Assembly (NCBI GenBank): GCA_030141605.1
Contig: JAQGDQ010001637.1
Span: 1-31,465, forward strand
From: Tubiluchus corallicola
Lineage: Eukaryota > Animalia > Priapulida
Direction: 5' to 3'
DNA: 31,465 nt
The stretch's first letter is position 1; each line of letters starts with the position of its first letter. The notes under the pieces are model-generated. The model had not been told where the DNA came from, searched no databases, and saw nothing but the letters and a program-made list of their open reading frames with translations. This document shows, in pieces, positions 22,319-31,465 of this stretch. A program made the translations under genes and the position numbers.

Positions 22319-22739
22319 CAGTGGTTCTTAACCTGGGGTCCTAGTACCCACTGGGAATACCAAACGCCGTCCCAGGGGGTACCAAATGCAGATCTGGTTT
22401 ATCAAAAATTTTGCCCTGAGACTCCCAACACGACATACGAGTTGCTCTCAGCCGTAAACTTCCCTGATTTGACAAGATTATTGAACTCAAACAACAACAG
22501 CCAAGTCACTGAATGTCGTGAATCGTGATTTAATTATGTTGTCACTAACAAAAAGTTGTCAGTAATAAAATTTTGTCTTAATAATTGTTTTTATTTTTTT
22601 ATTTTGGCGAGCAGGACGAATGAAAAGCCTGCTTAGGTGTTTAAAAAACCTACTTTGTTCCTATATGCATACTTTTTGTAAATTTCTACTTCGTACGCCT
22701 TCAGGTGGTACCAGCAGTGAAAAAGGTTAAGAACCACTG
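22319..22739. mobile_element. hAT-family MITE, 421 bp
   Basis: Perfect 16-bp TIRs CAGTGGTTCTTAACCT / AGGTTAAGAACCACTG. Perfect 8-bp TSD ATCTATTC at 22311-22318 and 22740-22747. Confidence 0.93.
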
Positions 22740-23075
22740 ATCTATTCCATTCGCAGTTTTATAATTGTTGCAAAATTCATCCATTTTTAAGTTTTATCTT
22801 TACTTAGTATTGTAACTGTCATTCATGTAGGTGCTTTTCAAATTCTATGATTATAACATCTTGTTTTTGTGTTGAAACATCAGTTGTTTAAATAGTTGCT
22901 GTGCAAGTGGGTGCGGGAGGTTTCCCTTCTTGCTAAACTTCGGTTTCCCCATCACAAATCAGTTTCTACCAAAACAAAATGCAACGTTTATCAAGTGTTT
23001 TGTGCAAGCAGTGATAATTTAGAAGTGTTCCTTGTCTGTGAGAAAATATTATTTATTTTTGACTTTTTATTTTAG

Positions 23076-23204
23076 GATGGATCTAGATCTATATTGCCTA
23101 AATTACAATGTGGCTCGAGAGGTTTTTAATCTTGCGGGCTATAAGGTACCAGGAAGTTTGCCAAAACCGCCCAAGACAAGGACAGAGTTGTTACTGGAAT
23201 TGAT
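23076..23204 (+). CDS. TTLL4: TTLL4-like exon (MDLDLYCLNYNVAREVFNLAGYKVP...)
   Basis: NLAG motif of TTLL4/5, strong polypyrimidine acceptor, GTAAGT donor. Confidence 0.88.
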
Positions 23205-23364
23205 GTAAGTGCGAAAGGCATATGTTTTTGCCACGCCTTTAACGTCTCTTTAAGAATGCACTTGCAAGTGACACATTGCTCCAAACATGAAAGCTTGAAA
23301 ACTTTTCCCGTTGTATGGAGGAGTCCATCAAAATGTAGAGGGGGTCGAAAATAAATGGCATTTC

Positions 23365-23425
23365 GCCTGCGTTCAGGTCGCACTCTGGATTGCAGGCGTG
23401 CATTCGAATCCCACTTCTGACACCA
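23365..23425 (+). pseudogene. 5'-truncated tRNA-Leu(CAG) copy with encoded CCA (extended PBS on the - strand)
   Basis: CTGCGTTCAGGTCGCA (anticodon arm, CAG at 23374-23376), variable arm, then TTCGAATCCCACTTCTGACACCA. The D arm and 5' acceptor strand are absent. Confidence 0.85.
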
Positions 23426-23426
23426 G

Positions 23427-23851
23427 TGCAAAGATGGAATGGCCAAAAGGTCCAGGGCTCAATACTAGATTGTTGCAATCTTGTACCACATAACCAGTAG
23501 TGATGGCGTAAACATGAGAATTAAACACGAAATTTATAAGAAGAAACTGCCAGACTTCAGTTATGTGTACATCATGCTGCTTGCGATTTTGGAACAGGTG
23601 CTTAGCTGGTAAACGTCGACATAAACTTGAAGATGACATCCTATTATCCTATTTATATGTAGGCTTGGTGATTATTTAGCCTTTCCAAGGGATTTTGACC
23701 AGAAATTCTAAGATTATCTATGGTCGTCTTTATGCTGATAATCTTTACTGCTGAGTAAAAATTAACAAACCCACACAAGTGTAATCCACGCAGGCGCAGA
23801 GTCAGGTCAGATCTGGACTTGATAAATAACCATGTACTATGTATATTTGCA
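23427..23851 (-). mobile_element. Candidate LTR adjoining the extended tRNA-Leu PBS
   Basis: The - strand ends ...ATCTTTGCA-C-TGG(PBS). Imperfect terminal inverted match ATATTTGCA at 23843-23851. TATA-like TATAAATAG on the - strand near 23650. Far boundary uncertain. Confidence 0.45.
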
Positions 23852-24037
23852 ATGTTTTAAAATGTGACTTTAAGCAATGACTATTATGCGTTGATAACCT
23901 CAGCAAGGCATTAGTCTATGGAAGAGGACAACGACTGGTAATACCTTCAATTAACACAATTATCTTACTGTACGTTACACCAGGAAGTCGTGTTAGATTT
24001 CATAAACTGTTTTAGTATTCGGCGCGCTCTTTTTCAG

Positions 24038-24158
24038 GGAATTGTCGCTACAGCAAAACAAGGAGGAAAAAATGAAACCAACTTCCCTACGAGATTCTGC
24101 TCTTACTGATGAAGAGAAGGCAAAGCGCGTTTACTTTACCACCAGAGCATCAGAGGAG
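24038..24158 (+). CDS. TTLL4: TTLL4-like exon (ELSLQQ...LTDEEKAKRVYFTTRASEE)
   Basis: Open frame, phases join both neighbours, LT.EEKAK..YF resembles the TTLL4 region before LTPDD. Confidence 0.85.
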
Positions 24159-24255
24159 GTATGTCTCTTAATGTATTAGTAGGAGTGAACCAAGTACCAA
24201 GAGAGAGTTGCCTTCTTGACCACTCACAATTTGACCGCTTTTTGTTTCTGCCTAG

Positions 24256-24466
24256 GAAATAACAGAACGTATTCTAGAAGTGCTCACACCAGCTGATGTG
24301 AATGAGCTGATAGAAGTAGAAGATGAGCATCAGAGGCGGGGAGGTTTCCAGCGGATCTTTCCCAGTCCAACTTCTCATAAATATTTGAAATATTTTGAGA
24401 AAAAACGTTACAGTAATTTACTCCTCGATGCCTGGACCAGAAAATATCACAATAATCCCGAGGAAG
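24256..24466 (+). CDS. TTLL4: TTLL4-like exon (EITERILEVLTPADVNELIEVEDEHQRRGGFQRIFPS...RYSNLLLDAW...)
   Basis: Matches TTLL4 VLDVLTPDDVRILVEMEDEFSRRGQFERIFP...RYFN. Confidence 0.96.
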
Positions 24467-24471
24467 GTAAG

Positions 24472-24617
<146 letters not shown>

Positions 24618-25012
24618 CAAACGTATTTTTTATAATTTACCCTTATTTTGCTTTACAATTCTGCGTGCTACAAGCTTGAATTCTGCAGTCCGTGGCGGGG
24701 CTTACTTAATGTAGATATTTGAAGCGAGACCGGAACCTAGCTCACTATCTATGCCTATCACATAAGATTAGCCATACAGTGCAATAGCCATGTTTAGATA
24801 TAAATGCATATGTTTAGTTACAGATAGATAAACAGCATTTAGCACAAAGAATGAGCGAGTGTCGTGCTGCTCTTACTGTAATGGCAAAAACCGCATTTTG
24901 CAGTTCAACCATCTAACCACTATCCAGCTCAGTACCATTCTTAACTTTTGTTATCATACAAATCAGTACAATCACAATGCCTCAATGTGTACTTCGCTTC
25001 GAAGGTGACCAC

Positions 25013-25545
25013 AGTTCAATTCACTCAACGTCACTCTTGAGTAGTATATGTCAATTATGTGCGTGTCACTCTTGGGTAGTATAGTTCAGTTGTGTGCGTG
25101 TCACTCTAAAGTAGTATAGTTCATTTGCCACCGTGTCACTCTTGAGTAGTATAGTTCAGTTGCGTGCGTGTCACTCTAAAGTAGTATAGTTAATTTGCCA
25201 CCGTGTCACTCTTGAGTAGTATAGCTCAGTTGTGTGCGTGTCACTCTAAAGTAGTATAGTTCATTTGCCCCCGTGTCACTATTGAGTAGTATAGTTCAGT
25301 TGTGTGCGTGTCACTCTAAAGTAGTATAGTTCATTTGCCACCGTGTCACTCTTGAGTAGTGTAGTTCAATTCACTCAGCGTCACTCTTGAGTAGTATAGG
25401 TCAATTATGTGCGTGTCACTTTTGGGTAGAATAATTCTGCTGTGTGCGTGTCACACTTGGGTAGTATAGTTCAGTTGCGTGCGTGTCACTCTAAAGTAGT
25501 ATAGTTCATTTGCCACCGTGTCACTCTTGAGTAGTGTAGTTCAGT
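25013..25545. repeat. 35-bp minisatellite, ~15 copies, with 70-bp A/B alternation
   Basis: GTGTCACT recurs at 25063, 25098, 25133, 25168 and onward. Confidence 0.95.
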
Positions 25546-26084
25546 TTTTCCTCGTCAATCTTGTGCATGGATTTCCAGTGTAGAATACCAATCTTGGCTT
25601 ACTGCAGAAGTCATACATGTCGCTGTAATTTAACATTGAGTCCGGAAGTTTAAGGTTCTGAAGTGATAGAGAGACAGTTAAAGCGGTTTTGGTACCTGTA
25701 GAGTGTAGACGTACTGGACATTGGTCAGGCACATGCTATCACAGCACACGTGGCTTGTCTTACAATTCTGAAGGTCTTATATTCTAATACAGCAAAGAAA
25801 TGTCAAAAAATTATGTTCCTGATAAGACATACCGTATTTTTTCCCTGCAATGAACTATTACAAGCTAATACAATGTCTTAATAGTATTTTTATTAATGGC
25901 GTCATCGTTGCTGTCAGGGTTAATGTAGCCGTCGCCATCCTTATTCGACAAAATATAGGAGTAAAAACCGCTGGTTGGCCAATCAACTGTCCAGGTCAGT
26001 TTAGTGAGTGTGCAGTTAAGTGATTAATGAACCTTGGCTTAGTCGAATGTAATTTACTACAAAAACCTTGTTGTGATTTTCTAG

Positions 26085-26221
26085 GCTGGAAGATTCTGGA
26101 AACACTTCACACAGAGCAGCGCCACCTGTACAATCCTCAAATGATCCATTTTTGGAATAACGGTGTTAAGGCAACAGAATGCGATTCGTGTGAATCTTGC
26201 TCAAAGTGTGCCAAGGCCTGA
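26085..26221 (+). CDS. TTLL4: TTLL4-like probable terminal exon (GWKILETLHTEQRHLYNPQMIHFWNNGVKATECDSCESCSKCAKA*)
   Basis: Phase-1 acceptor matches the previous donor. The G..LL..L.....H....W pattern resembles the TTLL4 C-terminal region. TGA stop at 26219-26221. Confidence 0.75.
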
Positions 26222-26319
26222 CGATATTCACTTGAACTTCATTTAAAGATAACAGAATTTTAAAGTAATTTTCTCCCTCCCAAAACCTTCCATACAAATT
26301 TATATTTTTAGCATTAAGC

Positions 26320-26486
26320 CTACATGCTTGAAAGACTTGTGTAATTGAAAAAAAATCTTAGCAATGAATTTTTAAAGAGTTTGTGCCAACGTCGACGCAA
26401 GCTCTGTATGCAATAAGATATCACGTAAGTGGTGCAAAATTTTAAAACGATTTTAAGCTTTATTTATGAAGAGTAGTTCTTGCCCT
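26320..26486. mobile_element. Degenerate Kolobok-like right end
   Basis: ...AAAATTTTAAAACGATTTTAAGCTTTATTTATGAAGAG...TTCTTGCCCT followed by TTAA at 26487-26490. Confidence 0.45.
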
Positions 26487-26676
26487 TTAAATAACTTTTA
26501 TTTATTGCAAACTTTACCTCTTTGCCTCTCACAAATAATAACAATAACACAAACAAACAACAACAATAATGGAGAGCTGACTTGCTTTGCGAGACCCTCT
26601 GCATCATCATCCTCTGCAGTATGAAGCTTCTGGCAACAATAAGTATCTTAATTAACGACGGGCGAGCCCAACAAGT

Positions 26677-28609
26677 GATGTAGAGTCTGACTGATTCGCA
26701 TTACTGGTGTAGAGCAGAGTGAACTAGAGTCTATAATGGATGTAGAGTCTAGACTGATTCGCATTACTGGTGTAGAGAAGAGTGAACTAGAGTCTATAAT
26801 GGATGTAGAGTCTAGACTGATTCGCATTACTGGTGTAGAGAAGAGTGAACTAGAGTCTATAATGGATGTAGAGTCTAGACTGATTCGCATTACTGGTGTA
26901 GAGCAGAATGAACTAGAGTCTATAATGGATGTAGAGTCTAGACTGATTCGCATTACTGGTGTAGAGAAGAGTGAACTAGAGTCTATAATGGATGTAGAGT
27001 CTAGACTGATTCGCATTACTGTTGTAGAGCAGAATGAACTAGAGTCTATAATGGATGTAGAGTCTAGACTGATTCGCATTACTGTTGTAGAGCAGAAATG
27101 AACTAGAGTCTATAATGGATGTAGAGTCTAGACTGATTCGCATTACATTTGTAGAGAAGAGTGAACTAGAGTCTATAATGGATGTAGAGTCTAGACTGAT
27201 TCGCATTACTGGTGTAGAGCAGAATGAACTAGAGTCTATAATGGATGTAGAGTCTAGACTGATTCGCATTACTGTTGTAGAGCAGAATGAACTAGAGTCT
27301 ATAATGGATGTAGAGTCTAGACTGATTCGCATTACTGGTGTAGAGAAGAGTGAACTAGAGTCTATAATGGATGTAGAGTCTGACTGATTCGCATTACTGG
27401 TGTAGAGAAGAGTGAACTAGAGTCTATAATGGATGTAGAGTCTGACTGATTCGCATTACTGGTGTAGAGAAGAGTGAACTAGAGTCTATAATGGATGTAG
27501 AGTCTAGACTGATTCGCATTACTGTTGTAGAGCAGAGTGAACTAGAGTCTATAATGGATGTAGAGTCTAGACTGATTCGCATTACTGTTGTAGAGCAGAA
27601 ATGAACTAGAGTCTATAATGGATGTAGAGTCTAGACTGATTCGCATTACTATTTGTAGAGAAGAGTGAACTAGAGTCTATAATGGATGTAGAGTCTAGAC
27701 TGATTCGCATTATTGGTGTAGAGCAGAATGAACTAGAGTCTATAATGGATGTAGAGTCTAGACTGATTCGCATTACTGGTGTAGAGCAGAAATGAACTAG
27801 AGTCTATAATGGATGTAGAGTCTGACTGATTCGCATTACTGGTGTAGAGAAGAGTGAACTAGAGTCTATAATGGATGTAGAGTCTAGACTGATTCGCATT
27901 ACTGGTGTAGAGTAGAGTAAACTAGAGTCTATAATGGATGTAGAGTCTAGACTGATTCGCATTACTATTTGTAGAGCAGAGTGAAGTAGACACTATAACG
28001 GATGTGGAGTCTAGACTGATTCACGTTACTGTTGTAGAGCAGAGTGAAGTAGAATCTATAACGGATGTGGAGTCTAGACTGAATCACGTTACTGTTGTAG
28101 AGCAGAGTGAAGTAGACACTATAATGGATGTAGAGTCTAGACTGATTCACGTAACTATTGTAGAGCAGAGTGAAGTAGAATCTATAACGGATGTGGAGTC
28201 TAGACTGATTCACGTTACTGTTGTAGAGCAGAGTGAAGTAGACACTATAACGGATGTGGAGTCTAGACTGATTCACGTTACTGTTGTAGAGCAGAGTGAA
28301 GTAGAATCTATAACGGATGTGGAGTCTAGACTGAATCACGTTACTGTTGTAGAGCAGAGTGAAGTAGACACTATAACGGATGTAGAGTCTAGACTGATTC
28401 ACGTTACTGTTGTAGAGCAGAGTGAAGTAGAATCTATAACGGATGTGGAGTCTAGACTGATTCACGTTACTGTTGTAGAGCAGAGTGAAGTAGACACTAT
28501 AACGGATGTGGAGTCTAGACTGATTCACGTTACTGTTGTAGAGCAGAGTGAAGTAGACACTATAATGGATGGAGAGTCTAGACTGATTCACGTTACTGTT
28601 GTAGAGCAG
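26677..28609. repeat. 63-bp satellite array, ~30 copies, two sequence subfamilies
   Basis: Unit GATGTAGAGTCTAGACTGATTCGCATTACTGGTGTAGAGAAGAGTGAACTAGAGTCTATAATG. It switches to a CACGTTAC/GAAGTAGA variant at about 27970. Confidence 0.98.
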
Positions 28610-29123
28610 GCGTGATCTTGATATTAAACATCAACGGTTTATTAAGTCCGAGAGCCATTTGTATTATTACGAGGTTCAAAAACTGTTCTGCTGATTATTC
28701 ACGATTGCATATTTTGTGACCTGTGAGTTGATTTCACGTACAATTTTGGTCGCTTGGTTTCTGACCATTTGTAGACATTGCTTCAGAACAAAATTAGGTG
28801 TAACAAATCCTGAAACAAACTTTAGTTTCTTGGTTTCTTCGAGTATTTTTGGAGAAAGATAATCTAATGCAAAATTCATTTAAGCCAAATATCCAGAGCT
28901 GCTTGGATTAAGTGTGATAAAACTTTATATAAAAGAGCAAGTAGCTTTTAGCTGCTTTGGAAATTTTAAATGTGTATCTCTTGGCACAAGTCAAGTTTGT
29001 TAAGTTCTTGTGGGTTATGGTGTTAGGTTATGGCATATTAGGTTAGTTTTTGTTAGGAATTTTTTATTTTTGTTATGCAGTGTGTCATTGATAATCTGCG
29101 CATGAATAAGCAGTTTTTTCTAA

Positions 29124-29285
29124 TGCTTGTTTCTTTGTTTTAGCTGATTTAGGTACTGACAAAGGACATTGGTTGAAAAATATATCAGCATGTTCACACA
29201 CACGCACGCGCACGCACGCACGCACGCACACACACACTTGCACGTCTGTCTGTCTTTCTGTCTGTCTATGCATCTATCTATCTAA

Positions 29286-29329
<44 letters not shown>

Positions 29330-29330
29330 A

Positions 29331-29426
<96 letters not shown>

Positions 29427-29511
29427 CATCCATCCATCCATCCATCCATCCATCCATCCATCCATCCATCCATCCATCCATCCATCCATCCATCCATCCA
29501 TCCATCCATCC

Positions 29512-29596
<85 letters not shown>

Positions 29597-29703
29597 CGTG
29601 CGTGCATGCGTGCGTGTGTGTGAGTGTGTGTATATGCTGATATATTCTTCAACCAATGTCCTTTGTCAGTACGTAAATCACTATGCAACAAAGCAACAAG
29701 CAT
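29124..29703. repeat. Inverted-repeat-flanked compound microsatellite (fold-back/MITE-like)
   Basis: About 70-bp inverted arms (...GTACTGACAAAGGACATTGGTTGAA.AATATATCAGCAT / ATGCTGATATATT.TTCAACCAATGTCCTTTGTCAGTAC...) enclose (CA)(GCAC)(TCTG)(TCTA)(TCCA)(TA)(TG)(TGCG) tracts. Confidence 0.85.
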
Positions 29704-31465
29704 GACACGTATTACAGTGTACAGTGTACCATCAGATAAGTAAAGTTAATTACCTGTCTACAGTTACAGTTTTAAATTGATCTCATTGTGCGTCGCGAAT
29801 CTTCAGAAGCAATGAAAAATAATTCTTGTACAGTGTTCATGTAAACATACTTACGGCTGGACATACTTACATACTTACTTTCCTTCGGCCTTTTCATCAG
29901 AAAATTTTTAAAACATTGATTTTTTTCACATACGTCCATTTCACTAATATCATCTTCTTCGTAACCATATAACTCTGGTCTGGTTGTAAATATTTCATTT
30001 AAAATTTTGCTAGTGTTCAATGTCCGCCAGGTTTTTTACTTTTCGTTTCCTGATTTTGATAACGCGTGATCAGTGACTATTTTATTACTTATGCTAAACT
30101 TAAAGATTAAATAAAATTAAATTTATAATATTATATTATATTAATTCTTTATTTGTCATTAAAATGGTTCACTCATTATAATAAAATTGAGTAAGCCTCA
30201 GCGTAATGTTAAAATAACAACACTGTTCAAGACAAATGCGTCCAGTGCAGCCTAAAAAAAAACTAAAGTGCAAAACTAAGGCCTAATTATATACAATAAA
30301 TGAACATATTTAGAAACACCATATTAAAATATTTTTACAAAACAATATCACAAAAGTACATTAAATTTTACATGACATATTTTACACTATATATACATTT
30401 GACATGACACAATTAACAGAAACATGCTTTACATTACATAAATTTCACTCATTACATTTACACCATTTATACATTTGACATTACAAAACTAACAACACGT
30501 GTTACATTACATATTTTTTTTAAAAAAATTACATTTTTAATCGTTTTATGGAGTCAGGGGCGGGGGTAGACGAAAGTTGAGTCTCTGTAATTAGTATCAG
30601 ATGCACAATGTGGAAGTTGAAGCCTGTTATATTGATATTCTTTTAATTTCTTTTTAAAGTGGTGGAGAGATTCTATTTGTTAAATTAAAAACTACACTTC
30701 CGGAATTTGGTGCCCTTGGCAACTGCCTAATTGGTCTATTGGTAAAGCCGACCAAGTTTAACAAGAATTTTTAGTAAAGACCATCAGCGTTGTTTACGTT
30801 TTTGTAGAAATGCAGCTTTACTTATGATTTTGTGAACTGCGTAGTGCATACACTTTGGCTGGGTTCCAAGTTTCTTTCCCGTTCAGTATCTCGAAGGCAC
30901 AATGGTTTATTATCATGAGCAGGACTTACCGTTCCAGTGAAACGGTGGACAGCCTCCGGTCAGATTGTAAAACCTAGGGATGTTTTGGTCAGATGTTTTG
31001 GAAGAAAAATCTGCTGTCAGTTTGTATTCAGGTGAGCGGTTTATGTCAAGGACGGCAGTGATGAAATACTCAGAACCTCATTAAAATCGTCACCTATCAT
31101 TAACCCGCGATAGAAGCTAAATATTTTCATGTAATAAAAGCATTTTTGGTGTGCGTTGGATTGGGAAAGCCTGCACTGTTATTTTGTCCTGCCATTATAC
31201 AGGTATAGTGTTTAAACATCTTAAAATTCTTTATTTTTCAATCTTCGATAAGAATATAACAGGTTATTTAAGTTGTTTTCGTGTTCTGGACCTAATAAAA
31301 ATTCACTTTAGGCATTTTGTATTAAGTATTTTGTCTTTTGTTAAGATTTTTAATTACTTGCTTGGTAAGTGAAGTTGATTTTTTTAGTACAACCTCTATG
31401 ATTAAGCAATTTTACGTCTCTATTGTTTCAATTGTTCCAAGATGACATGTATTAGTATCTATGCA

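Noticed and set aside
23365-23425. Functional tRNA-Leu gene
   Set aside because: 5' acceptor strand, D arm and A box are missing, the T stem is mutated, and CCA is encoded.
25013-25545. CRISPR-like 35-bp repeats
   Set aside because: Head-to-tail minisatellite without unique spacers or cas genes.
26677-28609. CRISPR-like array or repeat-protein gene
   Set aside because: Units are contiguous with no unique spacers, the context is eukaryotic, and indels break the frames.
29173-29703. ORFs with SIYL, HPSI and WMDG repeats
   Set aside because: Microsatellite translations.
30780-31100. GC-richer stretch with a minus-strand GTAAGT donor near 30929
   Set aside because: No convincing acceptor or recognisable translation, so an exon cannot be supported.

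Overview
This is AT-rich, intron-rich animal DNA, probably invertebrate, not prokaryotic. It holds two spliced genes on the + strand. (1) The last five exons (1141-9465) of an S-adenosylmethionine synthase (MAT/SAM-S) gene. (2) A TTLL4-like tubulin-tyrosine-ligase-family gene with 12 traceable exons (14186-26221, about 513 codons; first exon not securely found). It keeps the ATP-grasp core, but several basic residues expected to bind glutamate are replaced by acidic ones. The introns and intergenic DNA are dense with mobile elements: a complete 5S rRNA-headed SINE with an RTE-type tail and 12-bp TSD; tRNA-Leu-primed non-autonomous LTR elements, one with a ~60-nt tRNA copy at the PBS position; a Penelope-like element with inverted pseudo-LTRs carrying minimal hammerhead ribozyme motifs; Kolobok-like and hAT MITEs; LINE 3' fragments; and many tandem repeats. 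Most ORFs in the supplied track are repeat artefacts. I cannot confirm a new biological system from sequence alone. The best leads are the charge-reversed TTLL4-like enzyme, the 5S/RTE SINE, the over-extended tRNA-Leu PBS and the intronic sense-strand hammerhead.
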